Shown: in pieces, positions 11,525 through 21,760 of the stretch
Numbering within the stretch: position 1 is the first letter of the stretch
Layout: the number at the start of each line of letters is the position of its first letter
IMG/VR virus record: IMGVR_UViG_3300022868_000009
Location: 280,635-344,634 of that record
Length of the DNA stretch: 64,000 nucleotides
Direction: 5' to 3' (one strand)
Made by a program: the position numbers and the translations under genes
The notes under the pieces: generated by a model
The model's database searches: none
What the model was told of the DNA's origin: nothing
Seen by the model: only the letters and a program-made list of their open reading frames with translations

Positions 11525-12130
11525 ATGAGAAACCTTAAAACATATGAAGATTATTTATATGAATATTCTGAAATTAAAAAAGAAGAAACACTACACATAT
11601 ACACAGATGGTAGTTATTCTGACCAAGTTTCAAATTATAAAATAAGTTATAGTGCAGTTTTAATAACAGAAAACGAAAACGAATATTATCTTTCAGGACA
11701 TATGGTTAGAAAATATGTTGATCAATTATTTGGTTCTCAAACACCATTAAATAGTTTAACTGCTGAATTAGTGGCTTTAAATCAACTACTTTATATTATG
11801 AATAGCTATAAAATATCTAATAAAAATCTTCTAATTTATACAGATTGTGAATCTGTTTACGAACACTTCAATGAATCTTTGCCTGTAATAAAGAAAAAAA
11901 ATATGTCTAAATTAGTCAATAATATAAAACATAATATTAACAATTTAAAAAATAAAAAAAATATCGTTGATATTAGATGGATTCCAGGACATAAACAAAT
12001 ATACGGTAATATGATAGCAAACTATCTAGCCAAAAAAGGTGAAGATATCAACACTTTTAAAATATATTTTAATATGGCAGATAGACATTTTAAAAATATG
12101 AAAGACTACGATTGGTTCAAAAAACTTTAA
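11525..12130 (+). CDS. Ribonuclease HI-like protein with N-terminal MRNLKTYE tag
   Basis: IYTDGS, TAELVA, IYTDCES, WIPGHKQIYGNMIANYLAK. Confidence 0.88.
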   Translation: MRNLKTYEDYLYEYSEIKKEETLHIYTDGSYSDQVSNYKISYSAVLITENENEYYLSGHMVRKYVDQLFGSQTPLNSLTAELVALNQLLYIMNSYKISNKNLLIYTDCESVYEHFNESLPVIKKKNMSKLVNNIKHNINNLKNKKNIVDIRWIPGHKQIYGNMIANYLAKKGEDINTFKIYFNMADRHFKNMKDYDWFKKL

Positions 12131-12765
12131 AAATCACCACCTTTTATTGGAGGAGCACCCCAGTGACAAACTAAATATTGTGGCATATTTTCAAGTTTCT
12201 TAAATTTCAAACCTTTACTAGCTAAAGTTAAAACAAATAACCAATCATGACCATAACCAGTTTTCCATTCTATACCAGAAATATTCTTATGACAAATAGA
12301 ACTTGTTCCGATCTGACCAAATCTCGGTTCAACCAACCTTTTATGTAATATTTTAAAATCTTTACTACCAACTAAATAATCATCATAATATACCCAGTCA
12401 TATTTATTAATATCAAATTGAGACATTATAGTTTCTAAATGTGTTTTACCCCAAGCATCATCACTATCAAGATAAGCGATAACTTCACCTTTAGCATGGT
12501 TTAATCCTTCTGTTCTAACATTTCCACTATAAGTTGGCTGTTTTGGTATTATTATACATTCAATATTTGGAATATCATCCCAATTTTCTTTATATATCTC
12601 ATAAGTTTTTGTACAACCATCTGAAACAATAATTAATTCAGTATTTTTATATGATTGTTTTATAAAAGTTTTAACAGCTCTTATAAATTTTTTATCTCTA
12701 TTTTTAGCAGCATTTGGATAATCACCCAAATAACTTGCCATTATAACTGAAACTAATTTATTCAT
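12127..12765 (-). CDS. Glycosyltransferase family 2
   Basis: VSVIMASY, ELIIVSDG, IAYLDSDD. Confidence 0.9.
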   Translation of the reverse strand: MNKLVSVIMASYLGDYPNAAKNRDKKFIRAVKTFIKQSYKNTELIIVSDGCTKTYEIYKENWDDIPNIECIIIPKQPTYSGNVRTEGLNHAKGEVIAYLDSDDAWGKTHLETIMSQFDINKYDWVYYDDYLVGSKDFKILHKRLVEPRFGQIGTSSICHKNISGIEWKTGYGHDWLFVLTLASKGLKFKKLENMPQYLVCHWGAPPIKGGDF

Positions 12766-12780
12766 ATTATTTATTTTATT

Positions 12781-13953
12781 TTAAACTGCAACCTCCATTT
12801 TTATATTAGGATGATATTCATAATTAACAAATTCAAAATCTTCATATCTATAATCATAAATAGAAACTTTTTTTTCTATTTTTAATTTACAGGGTTTAAA
12901 ACTATCCCTTGTTAACAATTCTGTTAATTGTTCCTCATGATTCTTATAAATATGAACATCTCCCCCCTGCCAAATAAATTCATCAGGTTTCATATTAACA
13001 ACAGATGCAATCATATTTAATAAAATAGAATAAGATGCAATGTTAAATGGTAAACCTAAACCAACATCCACAGATCTTTGATATAATTGCAAAGATAAAG
13101 ATTTAGTAGATACATTTAAATCATTTAATTTATGTATTTGTTCAACTCTATCATATTTATCCATAAAAGTAACAATTTGATATTTATCATTATCAAAATA
13201 GTATTCTAATCTTTCTTTATGTGACAATGTTTTAACATAACATTGAAATAATATATGACATGGTGGTAACATCATATCATCAACATCATTAACATTCCAT
13301 GCATTAACAATATGCCTTCTTGAATCTGGATTTGACATTAAACCATCAATTAAATTATCAATTTGATTTATACCTGGAAAATATACATCTTTCCAACCAA
13401 GATGATCTACTATCTTAGTTTCTGATTTAGTATAATTATATTCTTTCTTTACTTCAACTTTTTCATAATGTCCATTCCAATCAACCCATTGTTTACCATA
13501 AACTGGTCCAAGATCTCCCCATTTAAGAGCAAAATTATCATCTTTTTCAATTTTAGTTTCAAATTCTTTCTGATTCAACATTTTAAATTTCTTTACAGTC
13601 TTTTCATCTATTAAATCATTTTGCATATATTTTTCTAATTTCTTACTTCTGTAATCTTTATACGGCCAATCACTCCAAAAAGTGACACCATTATCAATTA
13701 AATATTTGATATTAGTATTACCAAATTTATCATATTTCTCGTCATAAGATTTTAAAAACCATAATAATTCATGAATTAATGATTTATTGTGTATTTTTCT
13801 TAATGTTAATAATGGAAATCCATCATCCATTTTAAATCTTATATTATAACCAAAAACACTTTTAGTACCAATATTAGTTCTGTCTGCTTTATCAGAACCA
13901 TTTTCAAATATATGTTTGATAAGTTCTTTATATTTCTTATCATGTATATTCAT
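12781..13953 (-). CDS. thyA: Thymidylate synthase with insertions
   Basis: DRTNIGT, ELLWFL, LGPVYGKQW, LPPCH, YQRSVDVGLGLPFNIASY, DVHIYKNH. Confidence 0.97.
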   Translation of the reverse strand: MNIHDKKYKELIKHIFENGSDKADRTNIGTKSVFGYNIRFKMDDGFPLLTLRKIHNKSLIHELLWFLKSYDEKYDKFGNTNIKYLIDNGVTFWSDWPYKDYRSKKLEKYMQNDLIDEKTVKKFKMLNQKEFETKIEKDDNFALKWGDLGPVYGKQWVDWNGHYEKVEVKKEYNYTKSETKIVDHLGWKDVYFPGINQIDNLIDGLMSNPDSRRHIVNAWNVNDVDDMMLPPCHILFQCYVKTLSHKERLEYYFDNDKYQIVTFMDKYDRVEQIHKLNDLNVSTKSLSLQLYQRSVDVGLGLPFNIASYSILLNMIASVVNMKPDEFIWQGGDVHIYKNHEEQLTELLTRDSFKPCKLKIEKKVSIYDYRYEDFEFVNYEYHPNIKMEVAV

Positions 13954-13976
13954 ATTATTCTTTATTTTTGGAAAGA

Positions 13977-14507
13977 TTAACGTTTCATTAATTCTCTATA
14001 TTGTTCTTCTAATTGAGATATTTTATCTTTCATATATTCATTCTCACTAGTTAATTTTTCAACCTCACATTTATATTCATTTAATTCAATTTGCAAATTC
14101 CCAGTCGTTGTACCTTCACAACACTTATCAAATATATCACCATCTTCTTCCATTAAAATAGTTGAAATATATTTTCCAGATATTTCATTTTTTATATCAT
14201 TTAATTTCGCATGTAATGCATTTTGATAATTAATATCAGAATCTAATTCTAATTCATCTTTAATCCATCCAGATGATACTTCTAAACAATGATTTTCATG
14301 TTCTGTTATTAATTGTCGAACTTGTGGTTTAATTGCATTTGATATCAATAAAGTAAAATTACTTTTATCTGCATATGATTTACATAATATCTCACTTATA
14401 GTGTCAGCAATAATATTTGATATTATTTCGTAAGCTTCTGTTGATACAACCATTTCGGTGTATGTTTGTTCTCTATTTTCATTAAATATGAAACCTTTTT
14501 TAATCAT
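13977..14507 (-). CDS. Hypothetical protein, C-terminal coiled coil
   Basis: 176-aa ORF in operon. Confidence 0.7.
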   Translation of the reverse strand: MIKKGFIFNENREQTYTEMVVSTEAYEIISNIIADTISEILCKSYADKSNFTLLISNAIKPQVRQLITEHENHCLEVSSGWIKDELELDSDINYQNALHAKLNDIKNEISGKYISTILMEEDGDIFDKCCEGTTTGNLQIELNEYKCEVEKLTSENEYMKDKISQLEEQYRELMKR

Positions 14508-14518
14508 TTTTTAAATTA

Positions 14519-15736
14519 TTATTTTTTAGATACTATCTCTTTATAAAGATCAGTTCTTTTTTTATTTACTACACTCATTTCAAACGTTTTCATAAAATAT
14601 TCATGATTTGCTTCACCATGATCAATAATAGCATTTGGGTTATCAACATACCATTTCATTTTATTATACCAATCACTATTTTTTTCACTAACATAAAAAC
14701 CTTTTTGTTTACCGTCATTTTTGCCTTCTATATCATCTATAAGATAAGGACCATAATCACTTAATATTATTGGCATTTTGTGAGCACCAGATTCAATTAC
14801 TTTTAATTGAGATTTACAATAATTAAACATATGATTATTTTTTAAAGGTGCTAAAGAAATATCAGCCTCTCTATACATTGTACCATATTCTAAAATGGCT
14901 TTTGTCCATCTTCTTTGATAAAATTCATCTTTGTATTTTTCAACATATCCAAAAGTAACATTATCATTTTTTTCATTATTATCTAAATGAGATCTATAAT
15001 TATGATCTTTTATATATTTATTACCACTTGTAAATATACTCTCAAAATGACCCCATTGACTTCTTCTAGAATCATCAATTGCAGTTTGGCCACCAGCCAT
15101 TCTGATTCTTAAATCAAACCCACACAAATAAATTTGTGCCTTTGTCAAAAATTCTTTATCAAATAATTTAAAATCATCCTTTAATAATCTTAAATCTGGC
15201 ATATGAGAAATACCACCACCCCATATAAATCTAGTTTTTTCAGATTCAACTTTAACAGAGTTCCATTGTTGCTCTTTAATATTTAAAGCATTTTCAATAA
15301 CAGTAATATTTGGATTATGTTCTCTAATTATATCTGCAAACAAAGGAGAAGTAGTTGTTATATGATCTGAATTTTTAAGAATTTTTTCAATAACTGATTG
15401 TGAATTATTCTTTTTCCATGATCTATAATTTAAATGAGTACTATTCAATATCCAATAATCATCAATATCATAAACTAATTTAATATTATATTTTTTAATA
15501 ATTGAATAAAAAACAGATTCAATTTCAGGTTTTAAAGGTAACATTTTATTATAAAATAAAATATCATATTTACTCATAAATTCCTCGCTTAATAACGGTA
15601 ATGTACCATCAGAAAGAAGTCTAATGTCTACATTAATATCTGGGTCATTCATACATAAATGTGGATTTAATATCCGATAATATCCAACACCATCGTTATC
15701 ACCTGAAACTACAAGTATATTAATTTTTTTGCTCAT
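14519..15736 (-). CDS. GT-B fold glycosyltransferase (GT4-like)
   Basis: GVGYYR, VYDIDD, WGGGISH, DISLAPL..FNYCKSQLKVIE. Confidence 0.85.
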   Translation of the reverse strand: MSKKINILVVSGDNDGVGYYRILNPHLCMNDPDINVDIRLLSDGTLPLLSEEFMSKYDILFYNKMLPLKPEIESVFYSIIKKYNIKLVYDIDDYWILNSTHLNYRSWKKNNSQSVIEKILKNSDHITTTSPLFADIIREHNPNITVIENALNIKEQQWNSVKVESEKTRFIWGGGISHMPDLRLLKDDFKLFDKEFLTKAQIYLCGFDLRIRMAGGQTAIDDSRRSQWGHFESIFTSGNKYIKDHNYRSHLDNNEKNDNVTFGYVEKYKDEFYQRRWTKAILEYGTMYREADISLAPLKNNHMFNYCKSQLKVIESGAHKMPIILSDYGPYLIDDIEGKNDGKQKGFYVSEKNSDWYNKMKWYVDNPNAIIDHGEANHEYFMKTFEMSVVNKKRTDLYKEIVSKK

Positions 15737-16044
15737 AAATAGTAATATTTTTAATTTTATATATCCTTAGAGATTAAGTTTAATAAAAATTATTTTTTAA
15801 AATTCAAAAAACCTATTCGACGAATCGAACAGGTTTTCTATATTTGAAGTATAATTTTATTTATTTTTTAAAATCATGTACATTACAATAATTATTTTTT
15901 GAAACTATTTCTATTAACTCATCAAGAGTAACTTTTATGAGAAATTCACCTCTCTTTACATTCTTTGCAAATTTGCATGTCTTTTATTCCTGTACCAATA
16001 CAATCTTCACAAAGTTTGTGAACATAATATAATCCTTTCAGGAT

Positions 16045-16278
16045 TTAATTTAATTTTTCTAATTCTTCATAAAATTTTTCCATTAACTTCTCTTTATACA
16101 TTATCCAATCTTTATTTGTCTTATCAAAATAACTAAAAACAAGCAAAGGTGATATTAAATAAATTATAGGTACTCTTAATAACCAAAAAGGGTATATACA
16201 TATTTTACCAATTTTATTATAATTAGACCAATCCTCTTTTATATATTGATTATACACAAACTTATAGAATTTTCTCAT
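16045..16278 (-). CDS. Small hypothetical membrane protein
   Basis: Central hydrophobic stretch. Confidence 0.55.
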   Translation of the reverse strand: MRKFYKFVYNQYIKEDWSNYNKIGKICIYPFWLLRVPIIYLISPLLVFSYFDKTNKDWIMYKEKLMEKFYEELEKLN

Positions 16279-16295
16279 TTAAATTTTTTCTTTTG

Positions 16296-16499
16296 TTAAT
16301 AAATAAGTACATATTCTACATTAATATAACATTTCTTTTTTAACTCCACTAAATCAACTTTTAATTCCTGTGGAATTCCATACAATCTACCATGATATTT
16401 AGATTTCATTTTAATTTCTAATTGATCTGAAACAAATCTAATATAATCACCTTTTGTTTCAAAAATTTCCATATCATGACCACTAACATTTAATTTCAT
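16296..16499 (-). CDS. Hypothetical protein
   Basis: 67-aa ORF in operon. Confidence 0.55.
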   Translation of the reverse strand: MKLNVSGHDMEIFETKGDYIRFVSDQLEIKMKSKYHGRLYGIPQELKVDLVELKKKCYINVEYVLIY

Positions 16500-16514
16500 A
16501 TAATTTTATTTATT

Positions 16515-16889
16515 TTATTTTCCTAAGCCAAATAAACGTTGAAAAAAATTTCTTGAAGGTTTAACCATAATAATCTCTTTCAATTCTCGAACAACTTCTT
16601 GTTCATTTTTTTCTTCAACTTTAGGTTCAACTTTAGGTTCAACTTTAGGTTCAACTTTAGGTTCAACTTTAGGTTCAACTTTAGGTTCAACTTTAAGTTT
16701 TTTAGCAGAATCAACTGATCTAATTAAATCTTTATAATTTGCTTCAAATCTGTGTCTTTCATTAGAATCTAACATTTCTTTTAAAATACTATCAATTTTA
16801 ATTTTATACTCTTCATAATTTAAATCAACTTTTAATAAAGGTTTAACTTTATGCCAAAAGTAATAAGCAACTGTTGTTTTTGGTACCAT
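16515..16889 (-). CDS. Hypothetical protein with (KVEP)n linker
   Basis: ORF track. Confidence 0.7.
   Translation of the reverse strand: MVPKTTVAYYFWHKVKPLLKVDLNYEEYKIKIDSILKEMLDSNERHRFEANYKDLIRSVDSAKKLKVEPKVEPKVEPKVEPKVEPKVEPKVEEKNEQEVVRELKEIIMVKPSRNFFQRLFGLGK
16614..16695. repeat. 12-bp tandem repeat (ttcaactttagg), about 6-7 copies
   Basis: Directly visible; encodes PKVE repeats. Confidence 0.95.
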
Positions 16890-16907
16890 AATTTTATGTT
16901 TTTAAGT

Positions 16908-17363
16908 TTATACTAATTTTATTTCTATATTTTCATTCTTGTAAAAATGTTCCTTCATTAAAAATATAACAGAAGTTTTTCTTAAAAAATAAGTCTTTGA
17001 AGTAAAACATTCTTTATCATCCATAATCTTAATAACCAAGCCATCTTTCATTTTAAATTCACCATCTCTCAATAAATCTATAACTTGTTCATATGTTAAA
17101 TCAACTTCTTTAAATTTAAGAGATTCGCCATTTTTAATTACATATCTTGTTTCATTATATTTCTTACTAATTGTATCTGTAGTTTCATCTACAAAATCTT
17201 TAACCTCTGAATTTTTATAATTTTCCATTAATCCATCAACCCTTTTTTTGAAATTAGATTTTTTATATTTTTCTTGCGCTTTCTTAGCACTAACTTTAAC
17301 ATTTCTCTTTACAGAATATTTGAGTGTTTCAAATAATAACTGTTGTTTTAAAAAATTCCACAT
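16908..17363 (-). CDS. Hypothetical protein
   Basis: 151-aa ORF. Confidence 0.65.
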   Translation of the reverse strand: MWNFLKQQLLFETLKYSVKRNVKVSAKKAQEKYKKSNFKKRVDGLMENYKNSEVKDFVDETTDTISKKYNETRYVIKNGESLKFKEVDLTYEQVIDLLRDGEFKMKDGLVIKIMDDKECFTSKTYFLRKTSVIFLMKEHFYKNENIEIKLV

Positions 17364-17377
17364 TTTTTTTATATTTT

Positions 17378-17830
17378 TTAGTTAATAAATTCTTTATGTA
17401 CTATTACATTTTCTCTGAATTCTTCAGAGAAAGTTTTCTTCAAATCTTCATTCTCTTTTTTCAATACCTTATTCTCTTTTTTCAATTCTTCTATCTTCTT
17501 ATATTCAGGTGTTAAATTACCATCCCAATTTAACCATTCTTCAGTTTCACCAATAATATTCAAATAATTCTCAATCAATCTTGTAACACCAACTTGATAA
17601 TCTTCCAATTTATCATATAAATCACGAGTCCAATCATTATAAAATATAAATTTACTCTTAGAATGATACCTTTCTGAATGTAATTCAACTTTTCTAATTT
17701 TTTTATAACCAAAAAAATTTTTTTTTATAACATCCTTATATAAAGTAGTTTTTATTTCCCAAGAAAAACTACTATCATGAAAAGTCGTATAATACTTTTT
17801 ACCCTTATAATGAATTTCTCTATATGTCAT
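17378..17830 (-). CDS. Hypothetical protein
   Basis: 150-aa ORF. Confidence 0.65.
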   Translation of the reverse strand: MTYREIHYKGKKYYTTFHDSSFSWEIKTTLYKDVIKKNFFGYKKIRKVELHSERYHSKSKFIFYNDWTRDLYDKLEDYQVGVTRLIENYLNIIGETEEWLNWDGNLTPEYKKIEELKKENKVLKKENEDLKKTFSEEFRENVIVHKEFIN

Positions 17831-17832
17831 TT

Positions 17833-18027
17833 TTAGTTGTCTTCTGACTCCTTTAATTTCTGAACATAAATCGCTTTCAATTTTTGTTCTCTTTTCTTAA
17901 CTGATTTCTTTTTATAATCTTTCTTGTCCCTGATTGCTTTTAAAACACCAGTCTTAATATATTTTTGCTTATATTTTTTTAAAGCTCTATCAATTTTATC
18001 TTTACTATCTACTTTAATTATTAACAT
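17833..18027 (-). CDS. rpsU: Ribosomal protein bS21, Bacteroidota-type
   Basis: MLIIKV...IDRALKKYK.K..KTGVLK.IR....Y.K.SV.KR....KAIY, 64 aa. Confidence 0.92.
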   Translation of the reverse strand: MLIIKVDSKDKIDRALKKYKQKYIKTGVLKAIRDKKDYKKKSVKKREQKLKAIYVQKLKESEDN

Positions 18028-18134
18028 TTTTTATATTTATTATTTTTATTCTGTTTTGTTTAATTATTTGTTAAAATTTCACTAACACAAATATAGTAAA
18101 AATTTAACAAATAAAAAATTTAAAAAGAAAAATA

Positions 18135-19208
18135 CTAAGAAACTACATACTTATATAACTTCTTGTGATAGTCAAGATCCTTATAATCACTAACCATCAA
18201 ATAAACTATATAACAAAAATAAAATATTTTATCAATCATCAAACTTCTATCAACATCACCACCAACAAACCTAAATTCAACATAATCATCATCAATAATT
18301 CTTCTTAAATTCATACCGAAAGTTTTAGAACCTAGATTATTAGATAATTCCTTTAATTCGATTTCCAAAAACTTCTCAACATCATCTACAAAATTATCAC
18401 TACTAAACTCAGGAAACTCACCCTTCTTTATCTTATCTAAAAATGTCTGACAATATGCAGTAAATTGTCTATATTCAATATCTTTATAAATATAGGGTTT
18501 TTCACTAGTCTCAACCATCATAATTAAACCCTTTACAAAATTCCATCTATCTACATCTTTATTTAAACCAATATTAATATGAATAGAAGTGTGATTATTC
18601 ATATACCAATAATCCTGTTTATTAAAATCATCATAAAAATCATTAATCATTTCTAAACCTTTATCCAAACCAGTCACATATTTCTTAGGTGAAAATTCAA
18701 CCCCCCTAGATAAAGTTTGATCAAACTCAAATTTTAAATCATCATAATATTTAGTATAAAAATTAGGCAAATATTCACCAATTTTATTTATAACATATCC
18801 AAGATTTTCAAATTCATCTTCTTCCTCTTCCTCATATTCAATTTCTAAATTATCAATAATATTAATCATATTAGAAACTATATATTCCTCTGTCTTATTC
18901 TTACAACTATTCATAATATTATCCAAAGAATCAGATATATTTCCAAAATCAAACTGATTATAAACTATCTGTTTTAAAAAATCTAAATCATAATCAATTT
19001 TATCAATGTCTAATCCAACACGTAATTTTTTAAATATTTCTAATAAATACTTATCCTCTACTTTAGAAACTTTAACATTCTCATCATCTGTTTCTAATTC
19101 AAATTCAAAAGCTAATGTAAAATGTTCTACCATACCAGAATCAAATAATAATTTCTTATCTTTTCTATTAAATTCTAGTAATTGTTTATATGTTATAAGA
19201 TATTTCAT
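18135..19208 (-). CDS. Putative amidoligase (COOH-NH2 ligase-like) with N-terminal MKYLITY..LLE tag
   Basis: FEFELE, VEFSP, SIHINIG, YVEFR motifs. Confidence 0.6.
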   Translation of the reverse strand: MKYLITYKQLLEFNRKDKKLLFDSGMVEHFTLAFEFELETDDENVKVSKVEDKYLLEIFKKLRVGLDIDKIDYDLDFLKQIVYNQFDFGNISDSLDNIMNSCKNKTEEYIVSNMINIIDNLEIEYEEEEEDEFENLGYVINKIGEYLPNFYTKYYDDLKFEFDQTLSRGVEFSPKKYVTGLDKGLEMINDFYDDFNKQDYWYMNNHTSIHINIGLNKDVDRWNFVKGLIMMVETSEKPYIYKDIEYRQFTAYCQTFLDKIKKGEFPEFSSDNFVDDVEKFLEIELKELSNNLGSKTFGMNLRRIIDDDYVEFRFVGGDVDRSLMIDKIFYFCYIVYLMVSDYKDLDYHKKLYKYVVS

Positions 19209-19216
19209 TTCAACTT

Positions 19217-19239
19217 TATATATTAAAAATTAATATATA
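19217..19239. promoter_or_regulatory. Back-to-back AATATATA putative late promoters
   Basis: TATATATT at 19217 and AATATATA at 19232 serve divergent genes. Confidence 0.55.
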
Positions 19240-19244
19240 CTAGT

Positions 19245-19637
19245 ATGAAAAATTTTTTAAATTTTATAAATAATAATCACGAATATTCAAATAATGAAAT
19301 GAATAAAATTATTAAATTCATTGGCAAATTATGTAAATATGAAAACAAAAAAGCAAACGCAATATTCAATTTTAACATATCAAAAAATATACTTAATGAT
19401 ACAGATTTTAATGCATCAGTAAGATCAAATAACATATATTCAAACGATATAAAACAAGTTACAAAAATACTTGATAAAGTATGCGAAAAATTAAATATGT
19501 ATCCAACAATAAATATTATGATTAATACATTTGGTAGATCAACAAATTATAATATTAACTGTACATTTGAATTTACAGAAAAAAATAAATTAGACATTCT
19601 TGCAACTATAGAAGGAAATAAATTAGGACTATTATAA
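19245..19637 (+). CDS. Hypothetical, C-tag family (EGNKLGLL)
   Basis: C-terminal motif. Confidence 0.75.
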   Translation: MKNFLNFINNNHEYSNNEMNKIIKFIGKLCKYENKKANAIFNFNISKNILNDTDFNASVRSNNIYSNDIKQVTKILDKVCEKLNMYPTINIMINTFGRSTNYNINCTFEFTEKNKLDILATIEGNKLGLL

Positions 19638-19982
19638 ATGAAACATCTTAAAAAATATAACGAAGAGAAAATAGAAAATAAATGGAAAAATACAATAGTA
19701 ATTTATGAATCTTACTCGGATTCATGGGTATATGTAGATGGTTCATTGATATCAGAATGGTCTGTTACCATATTTGATATATTATTAATATTATCAGAGG
19801 ATAATGTTAATATATTGAAATATAAAATATCAATGTTAACAGATCATTTTCCTCAAAATATAATTGATCATTTAAACGATCACCCAGAACAAGAATTTCC
19901 AATGTATGATTTAGATATATATGAACAAGAAATAATAAAAAGAAAAGCAGAAAAAGAAGGACAAAAAATGGGTCTGTTTTAA
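19638..19982 (+). CDS. Hypothetical, N-tag (MKHLKKYNE) + C-tag (EGQKMGLF)
   Basis: Both terminal motifs. Confidence 0.8.
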   Translation: MKHLKKYNEEKIENKWKNTIVIYESYSDSWVYVDGSLISEWSVTIFDILLILSEDNVNILKYKISMLTDHFPQNIIDHLNDHPEQEFPMYDLDIYEQEIIKRKAEKEGQKMGLF

Positions 19983-19983
19983 A

Positions 19984-20307
19984 ATGAAACATATTTCAAC
20001 ATATAACGAATACTTACAAACACCCTTAAATTTATCAATACCAATATAGAAGATAATGATAAATTTACAAATTACCTAGAACAATCAAACCTAATATCAA
20101 AAAATTCTTTATTTAGAACATATCATAAAGGATGTATATATCATACATTTTTAATATCAATTATAGATAATCATTCTTAAAAATTAGTTGTTCAAACCCA
20201 GATAATGTATCTGGGTTTGAACAAAAAGGAGTAAATGAAATATTATTTGATCCAGATATAATTATATAATTATAAGATTAGAAGCAAATAAAATGGGATT
20301 ATTATGA
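19984..20307 (+). pseudogene. Disrupted N-tag/C-tag gene
   Basis: Begins MKHISTYNE at 19984, ends EANKMGLL-TGA overlapping ATG 20304; internal stop/frameshift. Confidence 0.65.
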
Positions 20308-20585
20308 AATATTTAAAGACATACAACGAATCAAAATATAAACCATCATATACTGCACGCCCAATGCCAGATAAATATCGGCTTAGATGTGAATATTTAA
20401 TAGATAAATACGGTAAACTAAATACAAATAATAAAATTACACATTTATCAGAAGAATCAGAAATTTTACAAATAGATATAAATGATGATTATAGATTAGA
20501 TATTTTTAAAACTACTGATAAATCGTTACTTAATATGAGAGAATTAGAAATGAAATTACAAGCAAAAGAATTAGGATTGTTATAG
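20304..20585 (+). CDS. Hypothetical, N-tag (MKYLKTYNE) + C-tag (AKELGLL); paralog of 21030 and 58927 ORFs
   Basis: Shared RC.YL.DKYG motif. Confidence 0.8.
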   Translation: MKYLKTYNESKYKPSYTARPMPDKYRLRCEYLIDKYGKLNTNNKITHLSEESEILQIDINDDYRLDIFKTTDKSLLNMRELEMKLQAKELGLL

Positions 20586-20647
20586 ATTTAATGAAAAGGG
20601 GAATTTATATTATAATATATTTAATGTATCATAATTTAGCACCTTTT

Positions 20648-21029
20648 TTATAATAATCCCATTTGATTTGCCTGTTTAACATTATCGAGTGATATACCAA
20701 CATTTTTTTCTAACCAATTTTCAATTGTAATATAATTGTATTTTTTATAATCAGGATCTTGTAAATTATTTTGTAAATATACCATACTACCCCCAATTAA
20801 AATCATAATCTTTAACATTAAATATTTCATAATTTTCTTGAGAAATAGATATCAGAAAATAACTAGGTCTACCACCAGAATAACGAAAAATATAATCATA
20901 ATCTATATCAATATTATAAAAATCATCATATAATGAAAATAATACAAAATTAATACATAATATATGTATACATAATATTAAAACAGATGATATAAAATTA
21001 TTAGAAAAAATATGTTGTTTTAAGGTATT
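20648..21029 (-). pseudogene. Fragmented C-tag gene (ends ANQMGLL)
   Basis: Only the last 60 codons are open; KYLKT-like start remnant near 21015-21029. Confidence 0.5.
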
Positions 21030-21416
21030 TTATAACAATCCCATTTTTTTCGCAGTTAATATTTTTTCTATTTCAGAACCTAATAAAAATGCATTTAATT
21101 TTATGAGTATAGAATTATCTAAATCATCATATTGTACATTTCTTTCATATTCACTATCTGATAAATTATAATAATAAATAATACCGGTTGTATTAATATT
21201 ACTTTGATAAATGTCAAATTTTAAATCATCTAATTTTATTTTTATTAAATTAGTAGATGTAGATCTACCATAAAGATCAGATATTCTATTATTACCATCA
21301 TTATTTTTTTCACCGTATTTATCTAGTAAATATAAACACCTATTAAATACTTTATCAGGCATTAAATAACAATGATTTCTATTAATTTTTTCTAAATATG
21401 ATTTCAAATATCTCAT
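21030..21416 (-). CDS. Hypothetical, N-tag (MRYLKSYLE) + C-tag (AKKMGLL)
   Basis: Both terminal motifs. Confidence 0.8.
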   Translation of the reverse strand: MRYLKSYLEKINRNHCYLMPDKVFNRCLYLLDKYGEKNNDGNNRISDLYGRSTSTNLIKIKLDDLKFDIYQSNINTTGIIYYYNLSDSEYERNVQYDDLDNSILIKLNAFLLGSEIEKILTAKKMGLL

Positions 21417-21457
21417 TAATCTTATATATTAAATTTAAATAAGAATATATAAATAAT

Positions 21458-21760
21458 ATGAAATACCTTAAAACATATAATGAAAATAAATCATTTAATG
21501 ATAAAGTTAATATGATTAAAAAAATAGTAGACACCGTTGGTAAAACTGATGATAGAGGTAAAATTTTAAATTTAAACTATAAATCAAAAGGTTCTAAAAC
21601 CTATCTTTTAAAAATTCAAGATACATGCTGGATAAGTATTGAGATGATAGGTACAAGATTTTTAAGAAATTTAGATTCTAGAGTAATTGAATCTATATAT
21701 AAAGAATTAAAAGAAAAATACCCAGAGTTTTTTATGGGAGATAAATTAGGTATTTTATAA
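21458..21760 (+). CDS. Hypothetical, N-tag (MKYLKTYNE) + C-tag (GDKLGIL)
   Basis: Both terminal motifs. Confidence 0.8.
   Translation: MKYLKTYNENKSFNDKVNMIKKIVDTVGKTDDRGKILNLNYKSKGSKTYLLKIQDTCWISIEMIGTRFLRNLDSRVIESIYKELKEKYPEFFMGDKLGIL

Noticed and set aside
12127-15736. thyA flanked by two glycosyltransferases as a hydroxymethylcytosine/glucosylation cluster
   Set aside because: The synthase keeps the dUMP-specifying Asn (PFNIASY) and all ThyA motifs; nothing shows that the glycosyltransferases act on DNA.
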